From Tetramitus jugosus (taxonomy: Eukaryota; Protista; Heterolobosea): a stretch of DNA of 64,000 nt. Shown here in pieces: positions 22,316 through 34,981 of this stretch. The translations under genes and the position numbers were made by a program. The stretch lies in the NCBI GenBank assembly GCA_937625935.1, contig OW569384.1, positions 368,433 through 432,432 on the forward strand, read 5' to 3'. A model generated the notes under the pieces. The model made no database searches. It had not been told where the DNA came from and saw only the letters and a program-made list of their open reading frames with translations. The first letter of the stretch is position 1, and every line of letters begins with the position of its first letter.

Positions 22316-22676
22316 CACTCCGAACTGAAGAGAGACTCTCGACAGGGTGGCAGGTCGCTGTTTCTTCTGTTTCATCTTGTTGTTGTTATTGTTTCTCAGT
22401 TAAGATTCGTCCGACATCTGTGATATCGACCAACAATAGTCAATGACTCTGACAGGTGATACTTTCGAATACCAAAACAGGACCGTCCATGTTGGGTAAT
22501 TCAGAAATCCGGGAGGATCACATACACAAAACTTAGAGTTGAATCGATTGTTAATACGTTTCACAATCAATTGATTGGATAGGGCTTCTTTATTTCAAAG
22601 AAGTATTCTGGTCAGCAATTTTTCTGTGGAGGAAAAATCGTGACTTTCACCACAAGCACAACAAGCACAGAACGAG

Positions 22677-25370
22677 ATGAGTTCAAATTTGCTGGAGAAG
22701 ACAAAAGATAATGTCAAGGATATCACTGGTTCTGTTTTTACAAATATCAAAGCAATCAAAAAGAAACAGTTCAAACCAACGCACAAGCTGTTTGATGGCA
22801 CTCTTCTAAACAATATTTTCTCGAAAGAGAGTAAGTTGACCAAGATTGGTTCCGATGTGAATATCATCCACTGATCCCTCTATGTTCCTTTTGATTGTTT
22901 AGAGCTTGAATCTGTGGATAATATTCAATTCTCTGATGAAAATTTCAACCCTCAAATCTGTATGTACAGTTACTATCAATTGTTGTTGATGATATCTGAC
23001 TGACCTGATGTTTCAGACACTAATAAAATATTCACCAAACATGAATGGAAAAATATTGATGAAGAATGGATTGAAGATTTAGAGTTGGCTCGCAGCAAGA
23101 CAACAGAACAACTTCAATCTATCGTGTTTTCAAACTACGAACGGCTGATCGAAATGTCCCAAAGTATATCATCCTTCATCGAATCAGACATGGTAGAGAT
23201 GAGTAGTTTAATTAATGACATGAAAAAATCAGTCAAAGGCGTGGCTGAATGCGAACTAACTTTCTCACAGGAGCTAAGTGCTCTTCCATCAAAGAAAACA
23301 AAAAAAAGAGAGCAGTTTAATGAACTATCCAAGTACATTCACAATCTTGAAGAAACCATTGTTCTTCGAAAGTTCAGAGATGGAATAACTCTTTGTAAAC
23401 AGATTGAACTCATTCTTAACAATGAGGAAGGGCTTGAAAACCGAGAAGAGATTCGATTGCTTCGAAAAAGATATTGGGATAAGAAAGTAGACTTCAGACA
23501 ATTATTGGTTAAAGAAATGTATCTCTCTTCTGATAAGAAGTTGCCAGATGTAGTAGGTATGATCTCGAAGATGGATGGTATCGAAACAGCGAGAGATACG
23601 TATCTTGAAACCCAATCTAGTAAGATACTCGAGTGGTCGGCTCCCTCCAGTGGAGGAGTTAGTGTATATGTTGACTATTCTATGGAACGCATGGTGGATC
23701 GCATTATCAAAACTATTCAATCGTTCAATGAACTTTTCGCGGAACATTATCACTCCTCCTCGTTAAGTGAATGGATTGTGGGAGAAATGACGAAGCAGTT
23801 GAATCATATTAAAAGCCATATTTTCGCTACAGAGGATACCAACAAGATTATTTTATCCCTTGCGATTGTCTTAGAAGGATGCAAAAGGCTCGAACAGTAT
23901 GGAGTATGTGTGTTGTATCAGGTCCAAAGTTTAATGATTGATGATTTAGAACGATCTCTCGATTTATACTATTCGAAGATAGGAGATAGAATCACAAGAG
24001 TAATACATGAAGAGAGTTGGCAACCTGTCAGCATCGAAACGGTTCAGAGTTCACTAAAGGACGTTAAACTCTCTGTTGCATCATCAGTTTGTTCGAGTAC
24101 CATAGAACTTCACAATCAAGTGGTGCAACTTCTTCAAAGTTACTCGCCAATTTTTGATAACTACATCTATGACCACATCACCTCTGGTATCATCTTAGTA
24201 TTTGAGGAGTATTTTCAACAATTGACGGATATGAGTTTCACTGAATGTTATGGTGATTCACAAATGCTCCATATTTTGTTCAACATCAGGTTCGCGAGAG
24301 AAGTTGTGATACCTTCCGTAAGTCGAAATTTCTCTTTACTGTTCCATCGAAGTGTCCCAGAATTGAATCTATTAGAGAGAAAACTGACAAGAAATGATGA
24401 AAGATTCGTGAAGAAGTTTGTGGATGTCCGAGCTCGGTCTATCTTGTTCGACAAGCTGAAGTGGCATATAATGGAGTATCCAGGAATGGTCGATTGTCCT
24501 CAGGTTGAACTTTCGAAAGGAATAATCAATATCTTAAAATTTATCGTGCAGTTGGGCACCTTAATCAGTAAAATAGTGGGAGACAAGGATGTGAAGCCCA
24601 TTTTGAGAAATTTTATGGACGGTATCACATTGGTCATGAGAGATGAATCATGTGAATTCTGGAACAAATTTAATCGTTCAAACTCTCTAGAAATCGATGA
24701 GACTGATGATACTGGTGACGAATCTAAGAGTTCCGAGACTCGCACTGATACAATGACTGAAGATAATTCTGATTCAAACACACATAGTGAAACAGAGACT
24801 ACTGAGTCAAGTAGCTCTGAAGCATCTGACTATGACTCCTCTGATTCATCGGACTCGTCTGATCCACACGGAAAGAGGAAGCAATCCTTGGGCAAGCGTG
24901 CCAGGAACGAACCAAAGAACAAAGAAAAGGATAACAAAAGACCTGACAAAAAAGAGTCACATAAGCCACTCAAAGAGAGAGACAGTAAAGAAGTGGAAAA
25001 GCTCCAACAAAAGCGAGCAGAGAACGTCGAGGAGGATGAGACACGTCAAGAAGACTCTAACGAAGAGTATGGTGTTTATAGCATGAATCAAGTGTTGCAG
25101 GTTTCGTACGACTTGAGTGCCCTCCTGGAATTGAGCAAAAAGATGGATCTGGCATCAAAAGTAATGCAAGAGAATCTGTTGGTAGTTCTGAAGCGTATTG
25201 ACTCTCGATTTGAACAACTTCACTCCTCGAATCCCAGTCTGTTTGAAGAATACCAAAGCAAGAAACTCTCTTTCAGTCTAACGAAACGAAGATCCTCCCC
25301 ATCCATCTCCAACAGTAAGTCCATCCAGACCATTCTGTCCGCCTGGTACTTTCTGACCGAACAAAATTGA
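22677..25370 (+). CDS. EXO84: Exocyst subunit Exo84-like (Vps51-type N-terminal domain); 3 exons (22677-22830, 22903-22959, 23017-25370)
   Basis: Spliced FSDENFNPQI|Y motif, LQSIVFSNYERLIEMSQSIS..IESDM, MISKMDGIETARDTYL; GTAAGT/GTATGT introns keep the frame. Confidence 0.65.
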
Positions 25371-25521
25371 ACATTCAACAAAAGCGATGAACAATAAAAT
25401 TCCACACAAACAGCAATTTTGTTTTTCATTCAACAACATAGGAGAGAAATTCAACAACAACAATCACAACAAACAACATCAACAGACATATTACATTGCA
25501 TTAACAACGACATCAACAACA

Positions 25522-26421
25522 ATGGCAAAGAAGAATACCAAACAACAAACCAAAAAGAATGTTGCTGCATCATCAACTGACAAGAAGAGAAAAATTGACC
25601 AAGTGTCACCATCTGCTGATGAAGAAACAACAGTCGCTCCAACTACCACGACCACTACCACTACTACTCCTAAAGCGACAAGCACTAAATCAGCAAAATC
25701 TACTACTCCAGCAGCACCAACCACTACGACTACAACAACCACAACAACAACAATAGAATCAAGCAAGAAGAAGAGCAGCAGCAGTGAACAACCAGCATCC
25801 AAAAAGAAGAAGCAAAACAATGAAGAAGCAACCACCGCAGCAACCACCACTACTGAATCAAAGAAGAAGACGACACCAAAAGCCACTCTAAGCGCTACCG
25901 ATGCCACATCAACAAGCACTGATAGACACACTCTCCACGTGTCCAATGTCTCTCCAAAGACTACGAGAGAAACCATTGAAAATTGCATGTCTGAAATTGG
26001 AACCGTCAAGGATGTCATGATGAACCGTGCAAACTCTGTGACATTGGTTACCTTTGCTAGTGAATTGACTGATGAGGCACTTGAATTCAATGGTGCTGTT
26101 GTGGATGGTAAGCCACTCACCATTCGATTTGCCACTGGTGCAGACAAGAGAGTCTACTTGTCCAATTTGGCTACAAGTGTCAACACGAACGATGTTCACT
26201 CCTACATTAATGAGATTGGTGCATTTGTGTCCGTCAAGGATGTGACCAAGGAGATTGGAACGGCCAACAAGGCATTTTTGATTGAATTCAAGGACTACAA
26301 GTCTGCGATTGAGAGTTTGCAATGGACTGGTGCTCACATTAGAGGTAGACCATCCAAGTGGACTCTTGCTCTCCACAGTCAAGCACTCTCTGCCAATGCT
26401 GCCTCTATTGCCACTGCATAA
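25522..26421 (+). CDS. Nucleolar-type RNA-binding protein: K/T-rich N-terminus plus two divergent RRMs
   Basis: TLHVSNVS..EFNGAVVDGKPLTIRFA and RVYLSNLA..FLIEFKD; likely start MAKKNTK. Confidence 0.7.
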   Translation: MAKKNTKQQTKKNVAASSTDKKRKIDQVSPSADEETTVAPTTTTTTTTTPKATSTKSAKSTTPAAPTTTTTTTTTTTIESSKKKSSSSEQPASKKKKQNNEEATTAATTTTESKKKTTPKATLSATDATSTSTDRHTLHVSNVSPKTTRETIENCMSEIGTVKDVMMNRANSVTLVTFASELTDEALEFNGAVVDGKPLTIRFATGADKRVYLSNLATSVNTNDVHSYINEIGAFVSVKDVTKEIGTANKAFLIEFKDYKSAIESLQWTGAHIRGRPSKWTLALHSQALSANAASIATA

Positions 26422-26888
26422 ACACACATTTGTCTCTGTCTCTGTCTCTCTATTGACCAAGAAATAAAAAAGAATAAGTAAGAACATGGTGTTGTCTATT
26501 TTGTGTGAGTGTCGCCTGTATTCACAAGTTCACCGCCAATCATCATACAACGAAGAGAGTGATGGATGACGAGCTAAGTGGCGGGGCCGGAGAATTGTAG
26601 GTCCTACGAAATCGAAAGAAGAGGAGAGAGAAGATGGACATTCACAAACACCCGTGCAAGAGATTAGTGATTAAAAGGTGGTATTCTATAGCTACACTCA
26701 TAAGCTACAGCTCTTTGGAGTTGGCGCGCTTTGCGCTTAATCATTTTTGTGCATCCTTCCGCCAACATGTGAATTGTAAAGATTTTCGTTGAACCTCCGA
26801 GTCAACCAAGAGGATTTTATCAAAAAATCACAAGTTTCAAAGGGAAAGAAACAAAAAGAAACAAAGTCACAACTTATTATTCGTCACA

Positions 26889-27311
26889 ATGTCAAAGAGA
26901 GGTAGAGGAGGTGCATCCGGTGCTAAATTCAGATTGTCAACTGCATTGCCAGTTGGTGCTGTCATGAACTGCGCTGACAATTCTGGTGCAAAGAACTTGT
27001 ACGTCATTTCCGTTAAGGGAGTGCAAGGTAGATTGAACAGATTGCCAGCTGCTGGTGTTGGTGACATGTTCATGGCCACCGTCAAGAAGGGTAAGCCTGA
27101 ATTGAGAAAGAAGGTCATGCCTGCTGTTGTCGTCAGACAGCGCAAACCATGGAGAAGGAAGGATGGTGTCTTCATTTTCTTTGAAGACAATGCTGGTGTT
27201 ATCGTCAACCCTAAGGGTGAAATGAAGGGATCTGCTGTTTCTGGTCCAGTCGCAAAGGAATGCGCTGACTTGTGGCCAAGAATTGCTTCTGCTTCCGGCT
27301 CTATCGTTTAA
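26889..27311 (+). CDS. RPL23: 60S ribosomal protein L23 (uL14)
   Basis: [51 protein letters not shown]. Confidence 0.98.
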   Translation: MSKRGRGGASGAKFRLSTALPVGAVMNCADNSGAKNLYVISVKGVQGRLNRLPAAGVGDMFMATVKKGKPELRKKVMPAVVVRQRKPWRRKDGVFIFFEDNAGVIVNPKGEMKGSAVSGPVAKECADLWPRIASASGSIV

Positions 27312-27657
27312 ATTGTTTGGTACAATAAATGTCTTTCATGAGATTGGACTCGATTACAATTTTTGTAAGTTTTTTAATTACTGCGACTGAGCTTTTTTGC
27401 CCCGACTGTAACTGCTGTGCGGTAATGATGATTTGTGATCCTTGGAAATTCACTGTTCCCGGATGGCTAATCTTGTCGTCGTCATCGTATTGAATTTACC
27501 AACAAGGATCCTTGTTGCTGATCTCTCCTGATGTTTGTGGTGGTGGAAGAGAGATCGAGAGGAACATTCTTGGTGACTCCAGCAGCCCACACCCACACAA
27601 AAAAAACCAAACAACAATCCACAAATCAATCAACAACCCTATTTTTTCTTGCATCAA

Positions 27658-28488
27658 ATGTCAGCCAACAGTGGAGACTCTACCATCAACAACACAACTG
27701 CTACTTCTACTACTGCTTGTGAGAACACCAACAAGAAAATCATCAAGCTCGTTCTTGTGAGACATGGTGAATCAGCTTGGAACGTTCAGAATCGTTTCAC
27801 TGGATGGACCGATGTCCCGTTGAGTGAGACTGGTATTCAAGAGGCCAAAGAGTCAGGCAAGGACCTCAAGGAAGCCGAATACAAGTTTGACATTGTGTTC
27901 ACCAGTGTGTTGAGACGTGCCATCAAAACACTCAACATTATTCAAGAGGAAATGGGACTGGAGTGGTTGCCAGTGATTCGAACATGGAAACTCAATGAAC
28001 GTCACTATGGTGCTCTCCAGGGTCTCAACAAGTCTGAGACTGCAGAGATTCACGGTGAAGAACAAGTCAATATTTGGCGTCGTAGTTATGATGTTCCTCC
28101 ACCAGAGCTCTCACCTGACGATGATCGCAATCCGGCATTCGAAGACAAGTATGCCTGTTTGGACAAGAGTCAACTACCATTGACAGAGTCACTCAAGACT
28201 ACAGTGGAGCGTGTGGTTCCATACTATGAGAGTGAGATTGTTCCATTGATTCGCAAGGGAAAGAATGTGCTCATTGTGGCTCATGGCAATTCATTGAGAG
28301 CACTGGTGAAGCACTTGGACAATGTCAGTGAGAGAGACATTGTGTCATTGAACATTCCGACTGCTGTGCCATTGGTGTACGAGTTGGATGCAGAATCATT
28401 GAAACCAATCAAGCACTATTATGTGGGTGATCAAGATGCAATCAATCAAAAGATTCATGCTGTTGCCAATCAAGGCAAGGCAAAGTAA
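27658..28488 (+). CDS. gpmA: 2,3-BPG-dependent phosphoglycerate mutase
   Basis: [60 protein letters not shown]. Confidence 0.95.
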   Translation: MSANSGDSTINNTTATSTTACENTNKKIIKLVLVRHGESAWNVQNRFTGWTDVPLSETGIQEAKESGKDLKEAEYKFDIVFTSVLRRAIKTLNIIQEEMGLEWLPVIRTWKLNERHYGALQGLNKSETAEIHGEEQVNIWRRSYDVPPPELSPDDDRNPAFEDKYACLDKSQLPLTESLKTTVERVVPYYESEIVPLIRKGKNVLIVAHGNSLRALVKHLDNVSERDIVSLNIPTAVPLVYELDAESLKPIKHYYVGDQDAINQKIHAVANQGKAK

Positions 28489-28531
28489 GCATATTGTGAT
28501 TGTAATGATCATCATGATGACAAAATAAATG

Positions 28532-29266
28532 TTATTTGAATGTTGATTGTTTATTAAAGTAACTCCGAATGTCCTTGCATTTGACTGGTGTTTGCAGTGG
28601 TTGTTGTTGTTGATCATGAGCTCCCATTGTGTTGTTGCTGTCATCTCTCATGTCCATATCTTCTTCCCAATCTTGAGATGATGATGTTATGGTTGTTAGG
28701 GGTGTTGTTGTTGTGGTAGTATTGTTGTTGTTGTTGTGATGAGGTGCAGTGGATGACGTGCTCATGAGTAATTGTATGGTTTTATCTGAAGAATAGTTAT
28801 TGATGATGAGTTGCTTGTGTGAGCATGTGATTCGAGAGAACAATCATAATGCAAAAGTATTGAATACAAAACAGAAGAGCTAAGCGGAAGAATAGAAAGA
28901 TATGGACAAGAGCAACAACATACCATAGACTGATGTCGATTGTTGTTGAGAGAGCATGGATGAATGTGATGTGGTGTAGTGATTCGAAGAGAGTCTGCAC
29001 TGTTCAGAGAAGGGGAAATTGCGCCTTGTTTTCGGGAATTGAGTCAGTGACCGTGGTATTGGTTGATGTTGATGTTGTTGTTGCTGTTTCATGACAAGTG
29101 TGGAGGACAAGTGTGGATAATGATGATGGTTGTTGTTGTTGTTATGGAGGTTATGATGATTGTGAAGATGATGATGATTGGTATGGCACACATGTGGATG
29201 ATGGTGGTAAAAGAATGAATGTTGATGTTGTTGATGTTGTTGTTCATGAAGAATACTAATGGACAT
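28532..29266 (-). CDS. Hypothetical H/Q/N-rich protein; 2 exons (29266-28924, 28785-28532), about 198 aa
   Basis: GTATGT..TTCAG 138-nt intron joins two ORFs in frame (SVY|DKTIQLL). Confidence 0.5.
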
Positions 29267-29694
29267 GATGATGATGATAATATGAAACAGTGATTGATGA
29301 TGATACTCGAGTAGAATACAGATTGAATGAGCTTGATGTTGTCGTTGCTTGTTTGTTGTGGCTGAAGACCCGAAAATGAACGGTTTTCGTATTTGACTCG
29401 ATTTTTCTTGTTTGATTCTCCAAAAATGTTACCGTTACTTCTGATTAGCATCGAGGGCGGGAGAATGAGAGGATCGTCTGTCCGTGCAGTGGCCGAAAGG
29501 ATCGACCCATTCATACATCAGGATGACATTTTCTTCCAAATGGCACCTCTCGTATTTTATCGTAAGCTATTGAGAGCTTCATCGATCATTGAACAATCGA
29601 TTGTTATTTAAAAAAGCAAATATACACATTTATATAAATATCGTCTCTGTTCCATCATCATCATCACATCAGGCGTGACACTGATAGACGATGA

Positions 29695-30981
29695 TTAGTT
29701 AGTAATGACATCCTTGTTAATTTCTTCAATCTTGTGACCAAACTTTTCAATATTGGTCAACTCCTTCAAAGTCTTTTTTGCATTTCTCTTCTCATACTCT
29801 TGTGCATTGAGAATAATTCTCTTGACAATCTGAGTTGTCGTAATGTTGGATCGTGGACTCGTAATGCACTGATAAATGTTCAATTCACGTGGAATGGCAT
29901 ACGGATCCACAGAGTAGTAACCATCCTTGCTGCTGCCAGAAACAACAAGATTGACTCTCAATGATTCAATCAAATCCCTGGTGACAATAAACGGAGCACC
30001 AATCACAACATCGTCCACATGACGACAGGAGAGAACACTGAGTACTCTCTCGTGCAAGTTCATAATGGGATAGTGAGGCCCCTTGTGTTGCTTGACTACA
30101 TCATCATCATGAATACCGACAATGAGATGATGACCCATTTGTTTGGCACTGGCCAAAAAGTCAATGTGACCCACGTGGAACATGTCAAATGCACCATCTA
30201 CATAGATGACTCTTTGAGGAGTACTAGCACTGGTAGTAGTGGTAGTGGTATTGGAAAAGTGAGATTGTGGTTGCAAGAGACAAGTAGGGGATGGAGGGGC
30301 AGTCAATGTCACATCCACCAATGTTTCACTCTTTTGAGTCGATTGAGTATTCTCTTCCTCGTACCATGGCAACAATGGATTGGAGAATTGCCAAATTTTC
30401 CACGTAGTAGGCAAGAAGGGTCTTGCTCTCGTATATGGTGATTCACCACTACTAGTAGTAGTAGTAGCAGCACCAGTAGTAGCAGAAGTATTCTTGTGAT
30501 TATTGTGCGCATCTTCATTGTCCAAGTTGTAAAATTTGGCCAAGTGAAGCATACGATTGACAATGTCGGTCGAACTGACACCATCTGTTCTCTTGACAGT
30601 CTTCATCATGCCTGCTTCCTTGATGGCCTTGTACGTGTCTTCACCATGCTCATCAAATGAAATGTCTTCACCATGGACACAAAAGTCAACATTGTGTTGC
30701 TTGAGAACGTCGACTTGAGTCGTGTAGGGAGCACCTTCTACGACTTGATCCACCCACTTGCATGCTCTCACGGCAGCATATCTCTCCTCTGCATTCATGA
30801 CTGTTGGGCCCTTGTGACGAGCAATTTCTTCATCCGTGTGCACACCACAAATCAATTTGACTCTGGGGTACAGTGTCTTGGCTTGACGAATGGCATTGGC
30901 ATGACCAAAGTGCATCATGTCAAAGCATCCATCTACCCAAATGGTGACGTAATTCTTTTGTTGTTGTTCTTGTGTGGCCAT
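29695..30981 (-). CDS. PCYT2: Ethanolamine-phosphate cytidylyltransferase (two cytidylyltransferase domains)
   Basis: WVDGCFDMMHFGHAN, HKGPTVM..ER, RTDGVSSTD; second domain YVDGAFDMFHVGH, YPIMNLHER.LSVL. Confidence 0.93.
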   Translation of the reverse strand: MATQEQQQKNYVTIWVDGCFDMMHFGHANAIRQAKTLYPRVKLICGVHTDEEIARHKGPTVMNAEERYAAVRACKWVDQVVEGAPYTTQVDVLKQHNVDFCVHGEDISFDEHGEDTYKAIKEAGMMKTVKRTDGVSSTDIVNRMLHLAKFYNLDNEDAHNNHKNTSATTGAATTTTSSGESPYTRARPFLPTTWKIWQFSNPLLPWYEEENTQSTQKSETLVDVTLTAPPSPTCLLQPQSHFSNTTTTTTSASTPQRVIYVDGAFDMFHVGHIDFLASAKQMGHHLIVGIHDDDVVKQHKGPHYPIMNLHERVLSVLSCRHVDDVVIGAPFIVTRDLIESLRVNLVVSGSSKDGYYSVDPYAIPRELNIYQCITSPRSNITTTQIVKRIILNAQEYEKRNAKKTLKELTNIEKFGHKIEEINKDVITN

Positions 30982-31905
30982 TTCTTTCTTTGTTTGCTGT
31001 TGTGTTTTCTGTTGTTGATGTGATTGCGTTTTGTTTTCTGTGTGTGAAGGATGGGTGGTTTTTTCTGCAGTTTTGTTGGGCGAGATCTTTTGTCAATGCC
31101 CAGCAATAACCACAATTTCACGCGTGACGTCATTAAAAAAGGTTTCTTTATGTTGACAAAGGCTTTCTCGAACAATTCGGACAAGTGGTCACTGTGTTTG
31201 ATCATACTTTCGTGATATTGCTGGGCATTATGGTGATCATTGTACAATCGATAGGATGATCATCGTGGTGATGGATCGAAGAGAGATGGAACGTGAGACA
31301 GGAGAGAACGCAGAGAAAGAAGAGAAGGGCATTCCCCTTCTTCCAGGTACCGTAGTCTCGAGCTGGAAGTAAATATTGCGCACATGCAACAATGGCGCGA
31401 TACATTCACAAACAAACAAACATCTCAGACACGCACCCAATTGCACCGACACTCAATTGATGTTATTTCGTTATCGAACTGATTTAATCAATATAAGTGT
31501 TATTTTAAATATTATATTCACACAAAATGTAACATGCAATTATTTAGTTTAAAATGTCGATTTTATTAAATTTATTTTTCAAGAAATTAATCGAGACCAA
31601 ATAAATTAATCGAAGTTAAGAATGCTACATCGATATTATTTTTCATTTTAGAGAAGCTATTGTTTTGTCTTAGTGTAGATACAACACTAAGAACTTAATC
31701 AGTGTGGTTTGGTGCGGCTGGTGTGTCTCTTGGAACTCCTAGACCTGGCAATAATCGTTTGGTCCGGATGTATGTTTTGCCAACATGTCGACAACCAATT
31801 GGACGAAGAACAAAAGCAGATCACAGTTGAAAAAACATTTGCGGGTTTGACAAGATCAAGAAGACGACAAACAAACAGAGATACATTTCAAAAGTAAAAA
31901 GGAGT

Positions 31906-32535
31906 TTACCATTCATTGTCATCTTCTGGCAAAGGCATGGCAGCAGCTTCAGCCAAATCTCTGTCATATTGTTGCATCATTTCCATGTTGATTTGAACCT
32001 CTGGTGGAGCAAGAGCAGGTGCTTCCACAAAGTGCAAATTGGCATCACCAGTGATTCTTCTGGCCAACCACAAGAATGGCTTCTCAAAGTTGTAGTTACT
32101 CTTGGCAGAGATATCATAGTATTGCAAATTCTTCTTTCTGTGGAAGTTAATTTGCTTTGGCTTCACCTTTCTGTCCATGACATCAACCTTGTTACCAGTC
32201 AAGACAATAGGAATGTTTTCACACACTCTGACAATGTCTCTGTGCCATGTTGGAACATTCTTGTAAGTGTTTCTGGCAGTGACATCAAACATAATGATGG
32301 CACATTGACCTTGAATGTAGTATCCGTCTCTCAAACCACCAAACTTTTCTTGTCCAGCAGTGTCCCACACATTGAAGCAGATTGGGCCTCTGTTTGTGTG
32401 GAAGACCAATGGGTGAACTTCAACACCGACAGTAGCAATGTACTTCTTTTCAAATTCACCAGTTCTGTGTCTCTTGACAAAAGTAGTCTTACCGACACCT
32501 CCATCACCAACGAGGATGAGCTTAAAGGTTGGCAT
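31906..32535 (-). CDS. RAN: GTP-binding nuclear protein Ran
   Basis: [56 protein letters not shown], acidic tail. Confidence 0.98.
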   Translation of the reverse strand: MPTFKLILVGDGGVGKTTFVKRHRTGEFEKKYIATVGVEVHPLVFHTNRGPICFNVWDTAGQEKFGGLRDGYYIQGQCAIIMFDVTARNTYKNVPTWHRDIVRVCENIPIVLTGNKVDVMDRKVKPKQINFHRKKNLQYYDISAKSNYNFEKPFLWLARRITGDANLHFVEAPALAPPEVQINMEMMQQYDRDLAEAAAMPLPEDDNEW

Positions 32536-33064
32536 GTTTGTTTGTTGTGATGTGGCCTGAATCCATGTGAGTGTATACAATAATGTTTGTTGTTGTTGTA
32601 TGAGAGATCAAGTGTGTGAGTATTGTGTGCAGGAGGAACGAGATACAAAAAAAAGACACATTGTATCATGGATGATCCATTTTGTATGTGTGTGTATGTG
32701 TGTGTGAGTCAAGTGAGCGGTGACATACCATTGTGATAGTCGTCGTGTCTGTGGTTGTTGTTCTTGTTGGGTTTTTTTTTTGTGATTTTTTGTGTGTGAG
32801 AGGAGTCTTTTTTGAGGAGCGTGCTTTTCGCATCAAAAACGAGTCCACACACAAGGATCGTTCAACAAGTTTTGTTGAATGTTGAAGAAATGAGGCGCCA
32901 AACATTACAATGAACATTCAATCGGAGATCAAAAAGGGCAAGAATAGTGCCATTGACATGGGCAGGAAAAGCAAAACTTTTTCCACGGATGGATCACACG
33001 TGTTCATTGGCTTGTTGTTGATATCCATAGAGTTACATTAAACAATTGATAGTAGAGAAACGAA

Positions 33065-34039
33065 ATGACAAATGCACCAAAGTCATCATCAAGCAATGAT
33101 ATGGATGATGATGATTGTATTGTAGGCGACATGACATCACCATCCACAATTTCTCATGTTGCGATGAAATCTGATTGTCAAATGAAACAGAAACAGAACC
33201 ATGCGAACCATAAGAGAAAGCAACGTGATGATGATGGTTGTAGAAGTAGTAGTAGTAGTGAGGACAGTGAAGAGCTTGCACCACAACCGGATGCCAAGAA
33301 GAGTAAATTGATGCATCATCATCATCATGACATACAAGTCTCCTTTACAGATCCAATGACAAGGGAGGAAACGTTAATCAAGGGATGGAATTTGGGCATG
33401 AGTTTTGTCCCACCACCCAACAAGAAACAAATACAAAAACTAACAAGACTCATTCAACGTAACAATCAGACATTGTTGAGAAATGATGATTCTAGAGATG
33501 GCAATGACACTCATCATCATGATCATCATCGTTGTTTACCAAATACACAAAAGGTATTGATTATGACTGTAGCTGTCGATTCTCAGTTCACTTTCAATGG
33601 TGATGAATTGAGAGGTGGTGGTGTTGATGTTGGCGATATGGATGATGATGATGACCACGATACTCTTTCATCTGGTAGTAGTAGTAGTGGTAATGATGAT
33701 AATGATAATAATGATGTGAAAGATGACATGGTGATCAATCATGGCAAGGGAGATGATACAACAATGACCAACCCACAGCAGCACACTGACAAGGATATCT
33801 ATACTACTAGTAATCTTCAGCAGAAACAACAACAACAACAAGCAACATCTGGTGCAACTCATTCAATGATTGAGCGATTCTCAGTGCTGATTTTCCTGTC
33901 TGTGATTGTTGTGCTCGCCCTGATGGTGATTAATGAGCGCAACATCAACTTGTCATCCTCTTTTTCTTCTTCTTCTCATGGGCACACGTTGTCGAACAAT
34001 GGGACAAGCACATCATTGTCATCTGCCTTGTCAAATGGT

Positions 34040-34079
<40 letters not shown>

Positions 34080-34891
34080 CCATTCTGCAGACGTCTTCTT
34101 TTGTGAACAAGAATCAGAGATTGGAGCCCATTGTATTGAAGGGAGTCATGCTATCACATGTGAGCAATTGTCATGCGACAATGGTACAATCCATGTATGA
34201 TCATCTAGTGAACAGTGCCAATAGTATTGTTGTTGACAACAACAACAACAATGAGGATAATGATGCTGCTAATGACCATGATGAAATGAATAGTACGAGT
34301 AGGTTGTTACAATGGTTTGAAATGAGAGTGAATGATACCCATATTCAACCCTATCAATTTCACATGACTCTCATACCAAACAACACGTATCACAACAATG
34401 ATGATAAAAAGAGTCATGCGCATCTTCAATATGATTTCCAGTTGACACCGAGTGGATACATGAGTCGATACATGGAAGCACGTGATATTCTCTCCATAAT
34501 CAGCAACCATAACGATCAGTCTCAATCTTCTCAACTACCACCCATTCAAATCATTCTCATGGACTATAGTATTGATAAGTCATGTGATGAGTATGATAAG
34601 AGTTCTGGATTGCGCAACGCACTAGACTATTATCATCGTCAGAATAACATCCATAACAATCATATGAATCGAGTTGACAGTGATAGGAGTAGTTCTTCTG
34701 TGCTGGTCATTCCAGTTCCATCCTCTCGTTTCCAACTGAAGGAATGTCAATTGATATTGCAACCTGGATCACTCGCATCGAATAATGATTCAAACATGGT
34801 CTCATCACTGTCTTTTGGTCCATTGATTCAACGATTGATTCTGGAGAGATATCATCAAAAGAGGTATCCTACTGTTCCGGCCTTAAGGTAG
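33065..34891 (+). CDS. Hypothetical single-TM protein with D/H/Q/T low-complexity tracts
   Basis: 608-aa ORF; TM FSVLIFLSVIVVLALMVI; basic KRKQR/KKSK patches N-terminal to the TM. Confidence 0.65.
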
Positions 34892-34981
34892 GCCAAGTGT
34901 ACACTCCATTAATCAAATGCAAAAAATTAAAAAAAAATAAACACCAATTTTTACAAAGTATCAGAGCTCTCTCTCAGAGAA

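Noticed and set aside
31195-31400. Possible U3 snoRNA or other ncRNA (ATCATACTTTC start, GGAGAGAACGC, hairpin CTTCCAG/CTGGAAG)
   Set aside because: No convincing box A, B, C or terminal D (CTGA) in the right order; short matches are compatible with chance
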